Notes: generated by a model from the sequence alone, not told the origin. A stretch of 63,982 bases of DNA, filler included, from an uncultured bacterium (GCA_964609495.1; 5 parts of 5 records of this genome joined end to end with filler, not necessarily neighbours in it); one strand, 5' to 3'; counted from the whole stretch's first letter, positions 27,901 through 38,497 are shown. Made by a program: numbers and translations.

Positions 27901-29727
27901 ACCAGAGAGAATATAAAAGCTAAGGAGGAGTTATATAAAGAAGCGAAAGATATGACCAGAAGGTTCAGAGAGGTAGCTGATATCTGGACTAGCTGTTACT
28001 TTGGTAATAAAGTTCAAGAATACGATAATCTTCTGGTTAATCTTAAAGAGGATGATAGTGAATGGCAGAGGTTAGCTGAGAAGGATTGGTTTAAGAGGGG
28101 GGTGGAGATAGGAAGGGAAAGGAGATTTTTCCACTGGGAGTTGGAGTTTCCAGAGGTCTTTTTTGAGGGATCGCAATGGAAGGATAATCCAGGGTTCGAT
28201 GCGGTTATCGGGAATCCGCCCTATGGTCTTAAGTTTGAAAAATATACCCGCTTATTTATAAATGAACTATATGCGATCCCAAGTAAAAATGATTCTGCTT
28301 CGATGTTTATAATTAGAGCATTAGAGTTAGGGCAATCTCAGAAATATATAGGAGTTATAGTCCCTAAACCGATAACCTATGTTAAATCTTGGGAAGATAT
28401 TAGAAGTGCTCTACTAGATCATAAGATAGAGAAGATAATTGACGTTAGCCGAGCCTTTGAAGATGCGCTTCAAGAGCAGGTTGTATTAATTATCAATAAA
28501 GCCAGACCCAATATGCTATTTAGATCCCATATCGGAACTGTTGGAATTGATAAAATATCTATGACATACTCGGTTAGTATGGATAAATTTGACAAGGATA
28601 TATTTCCAATATGGCTCAATGAAATAAATCGGGTTATATTTGATAAAGTTTGGTCTTGTTCAGATAGACTTTCTAAAGGGATAGGATATAGTTTCGAGGG
28701 GCCAGGTTATAATAAATATTTAAAAACTAGAGGACCCGGATATTTGTCCTATAATGGTAGTGATATCGGCAGATATGTTATAAGGAGTTCTCATTATATA
28801 GAGGAGGAGCTTATTAAATCTGAGATAGAAAGATATGAAGGAGATAAAATTCTGCTTCAGAGAATAGTTGCTCATGTAGAAAATCCGTTTCCTAGAATCA
28901 TAATAACAGCGACAATAGATAGAGAAAACGCCTTTACTGTAAATACTTTGACAGATGTTAAACCTATAGGCAAATACTCGGCTTATTACCTGTTATCTAT
29001 ATTCAATTCTATGCTCTTTTCTTGGTATGGCTATAACTTTGTCTATAATAGAGCAATTCGCTCTATGGATCTATATCCAAGCTATCTCGAATTGTTTCCG
29101 ATAAGGCTAATATCTTTTACTACTCCTGAGAAAGAGCGTAAGAGATTGGTAACTGATTTAGTGGAGCTTTATGAGAAACATATAGGAATTAATAATTATC
29201 TTATCCTAGAAAATATAGAGGAAAGATTGGTGAAGAGGTATAAACCAGATTTAGAACTCGTAAAGATGCATAATGCGAATCCACTGAATAGAGATTTTCA
29301 AATTCCTGAAAATGCCGTGTGGGAGCAATCCGATGTCATCCATGACTTCCTGGCTTTCCTCGCCGAGCAGATGATCGAAATGAACAAAGTCAAACAGGAG
29401 GAGATGAAGGGCTTCCTCAAGTGGCTATCCAGGGAGATAGGGGGTGATATAGATGCTCTATCCAATAAAACTAAGATCAGAAGTTATAACGAATTGACCT
29501 TCGCTGAGCTATTAGATATCCTAAAGAGGAATAAAAATAGACTAGCTATCGACCCCTCCTCCAGGAAGTTCCAAGATCGCCTAGAACCGACCTTCAATGA
29601 GAGCTTGGAGAAGCTGAATCCCCTAGTGGATAGAATTTCTGCTACTGATAAGTTGATAGATCAGATAGTATATAAACTCTACGGATTAACTGAGGAAGAG
29701 ATCGCAATCGTGGAAGGCAAGGTATAA
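27901..29727 (+). CDS. Type IIG (Eco57I-like) restriction-modification enzyme, 5'-truncated; N6-adenine MTase plus TaqI_C-like TRD
   Basis: FHWELEFPEVF, GFDAVIGNPPY, IDQIVYKLYGLTEEEI terminus. The frame is open from the contig start. Confidence 0.85.
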   Translation, partial: TRENIKAKEELYKEAKDMTRRFREVADIWTSCYFGNKVQEYDNLLVNLKEDDSEWQRLAEKDWFKRGVEIGRERRFFHWELEFPEVFFEGSQWKDNPGFDAVIGNPPYGLKFEKYTRLFINELYAIPSKNDSASMFIIRALELGQSQKYIGVIVPKPITYVKSWEDIRSALLDHKIEKIIDVSRAFEDALQEQVVLIINKARPNMLFRSHIGTVGIDKISMTYSVSMDKFDKDIFPIWLNEINRVIFDKVWSCSDRLSKGIGYSFEGPGYNKYLKTRGPGYLSYNGSDIGRYVIRSSHYIEEELIKSEIERYEGDKILLQRIVAHVENPFPRIIITATIDRENAFTVNTLTDVKPIGKYSAYYLLSIFNSMLFSWYGYNFVYNRAIRSMDLYPSYLELFPIRLISFTTPEKERKRLVTDLVELYEKHIGINNYLILENIEERLVKRYKPDLELVKMHNANPLNRDFQIPENAVWEQSDVIHDFLAFLAEQMIEMNKVKQEEMKGFLKWLSREIGGDIDALSNKTKIRSYNELTFAELLDILKRNKNRLAIDPSSRKFQDRLEPTFNESLEKLNPLVDRISATDKLIDQIVYKLYGLTEEEIAIVEGKV

Positions 29728-29857
29728 AAATATCTGTTCTCTACTTTTGAGCTATTTGACGAATCAACTCGGTCTATGACGATAATTTATCCGAGTAGGA
29801 ATTCGGATTAAATAAGCTATTATAGAGAGCAAACTTCAAGGAGGTTACGATTAAGAG

Positions 29858-31627
29858 ATGAAAGAAGTTGAGGGACTGAATGACGTTGTCGTAGTTATTG
29901 ATTTAGAATGTAATGTCCTGTATTGGAATAGGGCAGGTGAAGATCTCTTGGAGTGGAAGGCAGATGAGGTCCTGGGGAGAAAGATATCTGATATCTTTCC
30001 CGTCTGGGAGGAGATTCTTCCCTCTGTTTTGGAGACTGACAAGGTCAATGAAGAGATCACAATAGCTAAAAAGAGTGGGGAGGAGTTTATTGCCGATCTC
30101 AGCGTCTCTACGCTCCAAGATGGCGATGAAAATCCCTTCGCTTTCTTAGTGATAATTAAGGATATTTCTTCTCGCAGGGAGATAGAGAAACAACTTAGAA
30201 AGCTGAAGGAACGAGGAATACTGCTTGATATAGCCACCGCTATCAGTTCTAGCACTAATGTTGAGGAGGTCGCTTTTCACTTTCTAGAGCGCTCTTTAGA
30301 GATAACCGATTTCGATCGGGCTACTTTTAATCTCTTCGAGAAAGGAGAATCGGGAAGATTAGAGATTCTGTGGATCGTATCCGTATATGAGCCTAAGACG
30401 GGAAGCGTTCAGTTTGTTGGTCATAGAATTGAGCCCGGGCCCGGTTTCCCTATTACAAAGATGTTATTGCAAGAGATGAAAACTCTTCTCTTTCCTGATG
30501 CTCCTAATCACCCCGCTCTAAAGGAAACCAGAGTAGAGGGAGCGTTGAGGCAAACAAGAATGAATTATGTGATGGATATTCCGATGATCGTAAGCGATAG
30601 ATTGATCGGAGTTGTTACCTTCGAGCGAAAGGAGAATCGCGCTTTTAGCGCTAGTGAAATAAATTCCTATGAAACTTCGGTCAGCCAATCGGCGATGATG
30701 ATCGATAACTTGCGATTATTTGCTGAAACTCAGAAGCAGTTGCAGGAATTGACGGAACTGCGGGGATCACTTGAACAACAAGTAATGGAGAGAACTAGAG
30801 AGGTAAGGATTTTTCAACAGTTCGCAGAAAATTCCCTCGATGGAATAATAATGGGAGAGCAGAAGGATGAAGATAAAGTTATAATAAATTATGTTAATCC
30901 AGTTTGTTATGAGTTATATGGCTATTCCGCAGAGGAGATAATTGGGAAAAACATCGCTCTGCTTTGGTTTGAGGAAGACGAACCAATTCTTGAGCAGGAA
31001 ATATTGTCCGGGATCTCGCGAGGTAGTGGTTGGGATGGAGAGATGAAACAGAAACGCAAGGATAGATCTCCTTTCGATGCTCAGATGACTTTCTTTGAAA
31101 TTGAGGATGAATCGGGAGGCAGGGTTTGGGCGGCTATCGTTAGAGATATCACTATGAGAAAGCGATTGGAGATGGAGAGAGAGGGATTATATCGAGAGAT
31201 AGTAGAGGCTCAAAGGCGGGTTATTAGAGAGTTATCTACTCCTATCATCCCCGTTGCCGATAATATAATTGTGATGCCTTTGGTTGGGACTATTGATACC
31301 GCTCGCTCCCAGCAGATAATGGAGAGTCTGCTTCAAGGGATCAAACAGTATAAAGCTAGGATAGTGATAATTGATATCACCGGAGTGCCAATGGTAGATA
31401 CCGGAGTGGCCGATCATCTGCTCCAGTCAGCGAAAGCGGCTAGTCTATTGGGTTCTCAAGTGGTTTTGGCAGGAATATCGCCGGAGGTAGCTCAGACGAT
31501 TGTTCATTTAGGAGTGGATTTGACGGACATTGCTACGAAGAGTGACTTACAGAGCGGTATAGAATATGCCCTGGGGAAGATGGGAAGATATATAGGAACT
31601 AGGAAGGATGGTTCTGGCAAGCTCTAG
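29858..31627 (+). CDS. PAS-GAF-PAS-STAS (RsbR-like) sensor
   Basis: Two PAS domains, a GAF domain, and ELSTPIIPV...IDITGVPMVDT STAS domain. Confidence 0.88.
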   Translation: MKEVEGLNDVVVVIDLECNVLYWNRAGEDLLEWKADEVLGRKISDIFPVWEEILPSVLETDKVNEEITIAKKSGEEFIADLSVSTLQDGDENPFAFLVIIKDISSRREIEKQLRKLKERGILLDIATAISSSTNVEEVAFHFLERSLEITDFDRATFNLFEKGESGRLEILWIVSVYEPKTGSVQFVGHRIEPGPGFPITKMLLQEMKTLLFPDAPNHPALKETRVEGALRQTRMNYVMDIPMIVSDRLIGVVTFERKENRAFSASEINSYETSVSQSAMMIDNLRLFAETQKQLQELTELRGSLEQQVMERTREVRIFQQFAENSLDGIIMGEQKDEDKVIINYVNPVCYELYGYSAEEIIGKNIALLWFEEDEPILEQEILSGISRGSGWDGEMKQKRKDRSPFDAQMTFFEIEDESGGRVWAAIVRDITMRKRLEMEREGLYREIVEAQRRVIRELSTPIIPVADNIIVMPLVGTIDTARSQQIMESLLQGIKQYKARIVIIDITGVPMVDTGVADHLLQSAKAASLLGSQVVLAGISPEVAQTIVHLGVDLTDIATKSDLQSGIEYALGKMGRYIGTRKDGSGKL

Positions 31628-31663
31628 ATTATTCATAGATGAACTTCATTAGGGGTATAAATT

Positions 31664-31972
31664 ATGGATATTGAGGAGAGAAAGCAAAGCGCAGTAGAGA
31701 TGATCTCTGACGATGAGTCCTTAACGGATGAATTGACCGACGATGAAGCCATTGTTTTAAACGATTGGGCTTTCGCCAAAGCCGAGGAGAGAGCGGAAAA
31801 GAGTTTGGATCTACCCAGGGGATTCGTCTATTCTGCCCTGGATGATAGAATATCAAAGCTAAAAGTGGTTATGAGGGGGATAAATAAATTAGTCGCTAAG
31901 AACAATGAGGGATGCTTGGATAATATCGAACTCATAAAGGGGATTTTAGATATAATAGATGAGCTGGAATAG
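31664..31972 (+). CDS. Acidic hypothetical protein
   Basis: 102 aa ORF with SD, in an operon with the PLD gene. Confidence 0.65.
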   Translation: MDIEERKQSAVEMISDDESLTDELTDDEAIVLNDWAFAKAEERAEKSLDLPRGFVYSALDDRISKLKVVMRGINKLVAKNNEGCLDNIELIKGILDIIDELE

Positions 31973-31984
31973 GAGGCATAGCGA

Positions 31985-33043
31985 ATGAGGAGAAGAAGAC
32001 TTCTCATCTCAATAGGAATTTTGATCATCCTCTTGCTCATACTCCGAGGTTGCTATCTACAGATACAGGAGAGGAGAAGAGCCGAAGAGGAGCGTGTTAT
32101 AGAAGCTTATTGGTGCCAGGTATATTTTGGCCCAACCGAATCAGGTGATGAGAATGGCTTAGATAATAAATTGACAGAATTGATCTCCCAAGCGGAGAGG
32201 AGTGTTCAATCTGCCTTCTATGACCTGGATTTACAGAATGTAACGGATGCTCTATTAGATGATTATGAAAGAGGAGTCGAGGTTGGATTGGTGACCGATT
32301 CGGATAATATCACTTCTCAGATCGAAGAGCTTAGGGAGGCAGGGATTAAGGTGGTGGAGGATGAGCGCGGGGCTATTATGCACGATAAATTCTGCATAGT
32401 AGATGAAAGATATGTATGGACTGGATCATTTAACGTTACCGAGAATGGAGCTTATAAGAACGATAATAACGTTGTCCTCATAGATTCTGAGGAGTTAGCC
32501 CAAAACTTCCTAGCGGAGTTCGCGGAGATGTATAAAGATAAGGAGTTTGGTTCTACTTCTCCGAATAATACGAATAATCCTGAATTAACGATCTCTGGTT
32601 TCGAGGTTGAAACCTACTTCTCCCCTGAGGATAAACCTCAAGAAGTCATCCTAGAGGAATTGGAGAAAGCTGAGAAGAACATCTATTTCGCTGCCTTCTC
32701 CTTCACTGATGATGAGATTGGGGATTTGATGATAGAGAAACATAAAGAGGGGATAGAGATATCAGGGATATTCGAGAAGAGACAGATCAGCCGCTACTCA
32801 GAATATAAGAAGATGGAGGGAGAGGGGATGGATGTTTACTTAGATGCAAACAAATACATAATGCATCATAAGTTCATCATAATAGATGAAGAGGTGGTAA
32901 TTACTGGTTCTTATAACTTCACCACCAGTGCTAAAAGCAGGAACGATGAGAATTTATTGATAATTCATGATCCTAAGATAGCTAAGATCTACTATAAGGA
33001 ATTTTTGAGGTTAAGAGAATCTGCTAAATCGGCCGAGGATTAA
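31985..33043 (+). CDS. Membrane-anchored phospholipase D-family protein (two HKD motifs, Nuc-like)
   Basis: MHDKFCIVD...TGSFN and MHHKFIIID...TGSYN, N-terminal TM helix. Confidence 0.9.
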   Translation: MRRRRLLISIGILIILLLILRGCYLQIQERRRAEEERVIEAYWCQVYFGPTESGDENGLDNKLTELISQAERSVQSAFYDLDLQNVTDALLDDYERGVEVGLVTDSDNITSQIEELREAGIKVVEDERGAIMHDKFCIVDERYVWTGSFNVTENGAYKNDNNVVLIDSEELAQNFLAEFAEMYKDKEFGSTSPNNTNNPELTISGFEVETYFSPEDKPQEVILEELEKAEKNIYFAAFSFTDDEIGDLMIEKHKEGIEISGIFEKRQISRYSEYKKMEGEGMDVYLDANKYIMHHKFIIIDEEVVITGSYNFTTSAKSRNDENLLIIHDPKIAKIYYKEFLRLRESAKSAED

Positions 33044-33094
33044 GTAGTTTCAAAGAAGTTTCTGGCTATTTTGTGAGACGTTCAAGATCAGGCA

Positions 33095-33180
33095 TTGAAC
33101 TCACCTTAAACCACCCTCCCCTAACCCCTCCCATCGAGGGAGGGGAAATAAAAAGAGAGGGATAGGGTGGGGGAGAATTA
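33095..33180. repeat. Internally deleted REP-like cassette
   Basis: CCCCTCCCATCGAGGGAGGGG joined to GAGAGGGATAGGGTG, between convergent genes. Confidence 0.8.
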
Positions 33181-33233
33181 TAATATGTATCACATACAGT
33201 TAAAAGCTATAGTTCGTCTAGCCGTTACCTATC

Positions 33234-36200
33234 TTAAGGGGTCCATTCTGCACGTAGATATAATTTGTAAGTGCCGTCCTTGAACAAAGTTAAGGTCGTA
33301 TCTCCAGACAGATTTGAAATATCCTCGAGAAAGTGGATGCCGATGAGGTCATCTTCGTTCAGCAATGCCCATCTATCCTGATCCAATTGTTTTGCAACTG
33401 CACGGGTTATTTCAAACAGAATTTCGCCCCATGATTTAGGCAATGGCTTATTAGCAGGTATCTCATATTTATAGAGTATATCCGAGGAATACATTTTAAC
33501 TATACCCATTGACGCCGACTTACCGGGAAACCCTATATCTTCTTCCATCCCGATAGCCATTATCGTAGATTCCTTTCGGGGTAGACCAAAGATACTGAAG
33601 TCAAAGATCGAGAAATTGTCTGAAAACGTATCCCCCTCCTCGACACCGCTATGGACTCCCCTTGAGCCTATTCCATACGACCACCCTCCGCTAGAATCAC
33701 GACCGTTAATGATGAGAAAGATCAGATATGGTTCGTCAGAGAACGCTTCATTTTGATCGATGCATGTGAATCCGGTGAACCTCACCTTTAGCTTTTCTAT
33801 CGGTATCTGCCTTGGAGATGATTTTACCTGACAAGGATTGAGCACCGTAAGGCTAACCGCCTTTGGCATAGGCCAACCTGGATGTTTTACACTCCAATCA
33901 TCTAAAGCTAGGGCAGCCTGTTCGAGCAATTCTGAGTTGATCCTAAGGACGAGCTTATTTGGGGCGGCTTGTTCCTTAACATAGTTGAAACCGGTCAGCT
34001 TCCGACCGCAGTATTTCATCTCCACGACTACGCCCATTTGGAAGCGCGTGCCTAGGATAGTAATTAACTCACCTGGTTTAAGCTTGCCAGTTACTGAAGT
34101 TATATTAGGGACTACCGCTGGGGCTCGTTTTAGGACGATGCGGTTCGATTCCCGTTGGTTACCGTTAACTACGCTTACCACTACTTTGCTGTTAGCCACT
34201 GTTGGCATGAATATCTTTGGCGAAAGTGTATCTGGAAGTCGAATCCTGAGTTCGGTCGGCTTATATGAATGAGGTGTCACTACGTATGCGTAGTGAACCT
34301 TTGTGTCAATACTGCTAAGCGGTTCAGTTGGCTTCAGCTCGTAAAAATAGACTCGTGCCCCCTGCTGAAAGTTATGACCATTTACCACCATCACATCGCA
34401 TACCTTAAGTGGCTCCGGTTTGATAGTGGTTATCTTCGGTATCCCTTTAGCTGGTGCTGGGATGACTTTAAGCTCTTTCTTATTCGATTCTTTCTTGGTC
34501 TGCGGATCTCTGATCCAGACCACCAGTGTCTTTGGCGACTTAAAGAATTTCGGTGGTACATACACTTCTACTGGTATAGCACGCTCAAGCTCTTCGGCAC
34601 CCGTTTTTCCCTTTTCGCTAATCAACACCCTATAATGTGGCAGAAAAATCTCGCTACATTTTATCTTAAGCAAAAGGCCGCGATGTTGTGTTGGTACTTT
34701 ATCGGGTGTGATCGAAATAATTTTAGGGAATGGGAATTCATAATCAATTTCTTCAAATTTAGCCGCAAGCGAGTCCGGTCCGCTTTTACCCTTCGCTTGA
34801 CCAATCCAAGCTTCAATCATTGCTAAGGATGGCACAGCCTCGGGCTGACCGATCTGTTCGGCAAGCTCTATTAGTTGTCCTTGTAGTTCAGTTGGATCCT
34901 CGATGCTTGCTAGCTCTGTTACTGATTCTATGCCGGCTTCTGATAGAAACTCCACTTCGTCTGGTCCGAGGCCTTCAATATTCGTCAGCTCAGCCTTCAA
35001 CGCAAGCTCTTTTAACTCCTCTTTAGGAAGACCTGTTTCTGTAGATAAAGCGTCTAAGTCTTCTTTCGAACGTAACTCAGGAAGTAGTTCTTCGAAGGTA
35101 TAGATCCCGGCCGTGCTTAACTCTCTTGGAACTTCTGCTAGCAAAATTTCTTCTACCAGCTCTTCTCTAGCTATTATGTCTATGGTACTACTAGTTTCGT
35201 TGTTCTCCTCATCGCTTTCGTTGATAACGTTCTCTGGATCAGCAAGCACAGTGACAATATGTTCGCCAGCTGGTCGCATCCTGGCAGTGAAATCGACCTC
35301 TTCTGCCTCTCCTGGCTCGATATATTCGATGACAGTGTGATTTAATGCAGTATAGCCGAACTCGGTGCTCTCATCGGTAATGATAACTAAGATTTGTTCG
35401 GCTGGCACTGCGCTTAAATTCTTAACGATTACTGTTATAACCGCCTCTTCATTTTCATACGGCTGTTCTGGGCTGAATGCGATGTCTTCGATCATCAAAT
35501 CAGGTAATTCTTCAGGTAATTCCTCTGGAAACTCCCCCGGTAGAACTGCAATATCTCTAGTTAATTCATTGTTCTCTTCGTTAAGTTCCATAATTTGGTT
35601 CTCTGGATCGATAAGCGCAGTTATGATATGTTCGCCGGGATCTTGTGCTGTGACAGTGATCTCAACCTCTTCTGCCTGGTCCGGTTCAAGGTATCCGATA
35701 CTCGCTTCACCTAAGAAGTGTTCCTCATCAGTTAAGAAGATCACCGGGATCCCTTCAATCGAAGCTTCGCCAACGTTTCTGACTAGCGCAATTAGCGTCA
35801 TTTCTTCGCCCTCATACGGCCTTTCAGAGCTGAAGATAAGTTCTTCGATCAACAAATCGGATAACTCCTCTTCTGGATAATATTCCGGAGGCATTACAAT
35901 CAATACCCTCTCCATACGATTGTTCTCTTCATTGACTTCTCTGATTCGGTTCTCTGGATCGTCGATCTCTCTTACGATCTGTTCGCCTTGGTCTTGGGCT
36001 GTGACAAAGATCTCGACCTCTTCTATCTGGTCCGGTTCAAGGTATTCGATACCTGCTTCACCTAAGAAGTGTTCCTCATCAGCCAAGAAGATCACCGGGA
36101 TCCCTTCAACTGGCGCCTCGCTAACGTTTCTGACTAGCGCGACCATCATCATTTCTTCGCCCTCATACGGCCTTTCAGAGCTGAAGATAAGCTCCTCAAT

Positions 36201-36641
36201 CACCAGATCAGGAAGTTCGCCAAAAGGTTCTTCTTCTGTTGGAACAGGATAGGTTATCTCAAGCACACCTTCTGCCTCGCCAGGACCTAGATTAACGAAG
36301 ATCGCGCGCCATTCAATGCCTCTCTCCAAAAGTTCCTCGGTTATCCAGAATTCTATAATTAATGGACTGGGGCCTTCCCTTTGAGCATACACCTCGCCAG
36401 CAGGGTCTTGAAGCATCAAAACAGCCTCTTCGGCTGGACCGCCCCATTCTGCAATCAGGGTGATCATACCGACAGAATGAACGGCAAACTCAAAGGAGAT
36501 CTCCTCTTCCGGACCAATATAAAACTTATGGGTTCCGGTTTCAACTTGAGCGGCGACTATTCCATACAGTGATAGAAATAAGGTCGCGCTCATAACTATT
36601 ACGAAATAAATCTTTGATTTGTTCAGAAACATTCTCATCAT
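33234..36641 (-). CDS. Large secreted protein: CARDB x3, DUF4332/HhH-like, IPT/TIG-like repeats, unknown C-terminal domain
   Basis: Signal peptide, LPDL...DPEN.I.E.NEENN repeats, IEGLGP..VEFL.EAGI.SV.EL, P.I..I.P repeats. Confidence 0.75.
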   Translation of the reverse strand: MMRMFLNKSKIYFVIVMSATLFLSLYGIVAAQVETGTHKFYIGPEEEISFEFAVHSVGMITLIAEWGGPAEEAVLMLQDPAGEVYAQREGPSPLIIEFWITEELLERGIEWRAIFVNLGPGEAEGVLEITYPVPTEEEPFGELPDLVIEELIFSSERPYEGEEMMMVALVRNVSEAPVEGIPVIFLADEEHFLGEAGIEYLEPDQIEEVEIFVTAQDQGEQIVREIDDPENRIREVNEENNRMERVLIVMPPEYYPEEELSDLLIEELIFSSERPYEGEEMTLIALVRNVGEASIEGIPVIFLTDEEHFLGEASIGYLEPDQAEEVEITVTAQDPGEHIITALIDPENQIMELNEENNELTRDIAVLPGEFPEELPEELPDLMIEDIAFSPEQPYENEEAVITVIVKNLSAVPAEQILVIITDESTEFGYTALNHTVIEYIEPGEAEEVDFTARMRPAGEHIVTVLADPENVINESDEENNETSSTIDIIAREELVEEILLAEVPRELSTAGIYTFEELLPELRSKEDLDALSTETGLPKEELKELALKAELTNIEGLGPDEVEFLSEAGIESVTELASIEDPTELQGQLIELAEQIGQPEAVPSLAMIEAWIGQAKGKSGPDSLAAKFEEIDYEFPFPKIISITPDKVPTQHRGLLLKIKCSEIFLPHYRVLISEKGKTGAEELERAIPVEVYVPPKFFKSPKTLVVWIRDPQTKKESNKKELKVIPAPAKGIPKITTIKPEPLKVCDVMVVNGHNFQQGARVYFYELKPTEPLSSIDTKVHYAYVVTPHSYKPTELRIRLPDTLSPKIFMPTVANSKVVVSVVNGNQRESNRIVLKRAPAVVPNITSVTGKLKPGELITILGTRFQMGVVVEMKYCGRKLTGFNYVKEQAAPNKLVLRINSELLEQAALALDDWSVKHPGWPMPKAVSLTVLNPCQVKSSPRQIPIEKLKVRFTGFTCIDQNEAFSDEPYLIFLIINGRDSSGGWSYGIGSRGVHSGVEEGDTFSDNFSIFDFSIFGLPRKESTIMAIGMEEDIGFPGKSASMGIVKMYSSDILYKYEIPANKPLPKSWGEILFEITRAVAKQLDQDRWALLNEDDLIGIHFLEDISNLSGDTTLTLFKDGTYKLYLRAEWTP
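35569..36215. repeat. Intragenic tandem duplication (351-bp period, CARDB units)
   Basis: TTGTTCTCTTC at 35569/35920 and CTTTCAGAGCTGAAGATAAG at 35821/36172. A third, diverged unit lies near 35200-35510. Confidence 0.85.
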
Positions 36642-36697
36642 CTCCTCAATTTTATTAGATTCTGTCGAAAATCGATCCCCCCTATATTTTCACAGAT

Positions 36698-36728
36698 TTA
36701 TTCGGTTATGATTTGCATAACCGAATAA
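36698..36728. promoter_or_regulatory. 13-bp perfect inverted repeat, candidate operator or hairpin
   Basis: TTATTCGGTTATG-N5-CATAACCGAATAA, 57 bp upstream of the 36641 start. Confidence 0.5.
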
Positions 36729-37099
36729 TACAAAGATCTACTATTAATAAGAATTTTTGCAGGATTTGTTACATATATTCTCCTCTATCCCAAGATCCGC
36801 TTGGAAACTGTATTATGCGGAGCATAATTGCGAAGCTATAACTTTATAAGAACGCTGGATAACTTTATAGAGATATGCAAGCGGGTAACTCACTACAATC
36901 GCCGTCAAAAGTAGTATTCCTAAAAGTGGATATAACGTAAGTTATCGCTCTCCTCTCTTCCAAACCTTTATGACTCTTTAAGAAAAAGAGTGATAATGAG
37001 ATTGGAGATGATTACATGACTCAATTTCAACAAATCTAGTCGCCGATCATACTCGACTTTCATTTTCTATTTCGGATTCACCAATATCTCTGGTTTTAT

Positions 37100-38446
37100 C
37101 TACCTGCCTGCTAATTGGACCTCTCTAATTCTTATATAGGGAAGCACCATACCAGGTTCGTATCGAGCCTCCTTGGAGATCGCATCGATATTAGGAAGTA
37201 TCTCCAACAAATTCGAGCCGATCATCGTTCCCTTCACCGGCTTAGTCAACTCTCCATTCTCTATCTGAATTCCATAATCGATCATCGCGCTGATATTGCC
37301 CGTGATCCGATCAGCCAGAGGGAAGGATTCGATGTAGATTCCATCCTTGACCTCGGCTAGGAGGTCCTTAAAAGACGCCTCCCCTAATTGATATTGGATA
37401 TTAGAGGGAGCTACGCCTACGGGAGATTTATAGGAAGCTCGAGCCGCACAGGCGTTATTTTCCAGTCCCATTCTAGCGGCCGTATAGGAATTTTGGAGAT
37501 AATTCTTCAATACTCCCTGCTCAAGGATGGGGAATCGTTTCTTGGGAACTCCCTCGGCATCGACTGGCGAGGACATAAATCCGCCCTCTACAGTTCCATC
37601 GCTCACTAGAGTCAACTTATCGGAGGCAACCCTCTCATTCAGTTTACCAGCTAGACAACTACGATCATAGATGATATCCCTTGCGCCGGCCAGGTAACAC
37701 AGCCCGAAGGCGAGATCCCAAGCGGCGTTAGGATCAAGCAAGAGGCTACAGACTCTTGTCTTAGCTTGTTCTGCTCCTAATAACTTCTTTGCCTTCTCTA
37801 CCGCAGTCTCTGCGACTCCCTCCAGCTCAAAATCGTCCAAGCGACGGGCTATATCGAATTCGAATCCAGAGCCAACGTTATCTACTGATTCCTTTAGCAC
37901 CACCATCAGATAAGAGGATAAACTAGTCGATCTTCCCGAGGTGTCCACTCCTAGGCTATTAGCTATCGTGTAATAATGAGGACCGCTTATGCTCACCGCT
38001 CCACTTAGCGCCGCGTTAGGAGTAAGCTCAATCGCCTTCCCGATCATACTCTCAGCCATCTTCGCCGCTGCTGCGACGCTCATCCCCTCCAACTTTTCGT
38101 CATATAGTCCCTCTACTTTTTTGAATTCGAGTGGAGAAGGGAGAGAGACGAAATGAGGATCTGGTTGAGCCGCGATAGCTAGTTTAGCCGCTTTAGTCGC
38201 TCCCTCAGCTACCGCCTCCTCGTCCAACTGCATCGTGTAAGCAAAACCCATTCCTCCTTGGTGGTAGGCTCTTATTGACAAGCCCGCATCCATTACCGTT
38301 CTGATATTATGGATATGTTGTCCACTTATATCCACCTGAATGGAGCGAGAGGTAGCACTGTAAGCCTCTGCTTGTTCTGCGCCTGCCTTTATAGCTAATT
38401 CCACTCCTCTTTTAGCCAACTCAGATAATTTCTTTTCGGTAATCAT
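37100..38446 (-). CDS. PmbA/TldE family protein
   Basis: GAEQAE.Y, GMGFAYT, D.EG.P, G..IENGEL..PVK. Confidence 0.88.
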   Translation of the reverse strand: MITEKKLSELAKRGVELAIKAGAEQAEAYSATSRSIQVDISGQHIHNIRTVMDAGLSIRAYHQGGMGFAYTMQLDEEAVAEGATKAAKLAIAAQPDPHFVSLPSPLEFKKVEGLYDEKLEGMSVAAAAKMAESMIGKAIELTPNAALSGAVSISGPHYYTIANSLGVDTSGRSTSLSSYLMVVLKESVDNVGSGFEFDIARRLDDFELEGVAETAVEKAKKLLGAEQAKTRVCSLLLDPNAAWDLAFGLCYLAGARDIIYDRSCLAGKLNERVASDKLTLVSDGTVEGGFMSSPVDAEGVPKKRFPILEQGVLKNYLQNSYTAARMGLENNACAARASYKSPVGVAPSNIQYQLGEASFKDLLAEVKDGIYIESFPLADRITGNISAMIDYGIQIENGELTKPVKGTMIGSNLLEILPNIDAISKEARYEPGMVLPYIRIREVQLAGR

Positions 38447-38497
38447 TACTATTCTCCTCTCCTATATTATGATAACAAGAAGTTGTTCTCTAAGTAT

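Noticed and set aside
33985-36572. Cluster of plus-strand Ser-rich ORFs
   Set aside because: Antisense shadows of the Glu-rich 1135-aa gene. The same applies to the other short antisense ORFs in the track.
36790-36950. Hydrophobic minus-strand frame LTLYPLLGILLLTAIVVSYPLAY
   Set aside because: Preceded by a stop, no convincing start or homology, and too short to call
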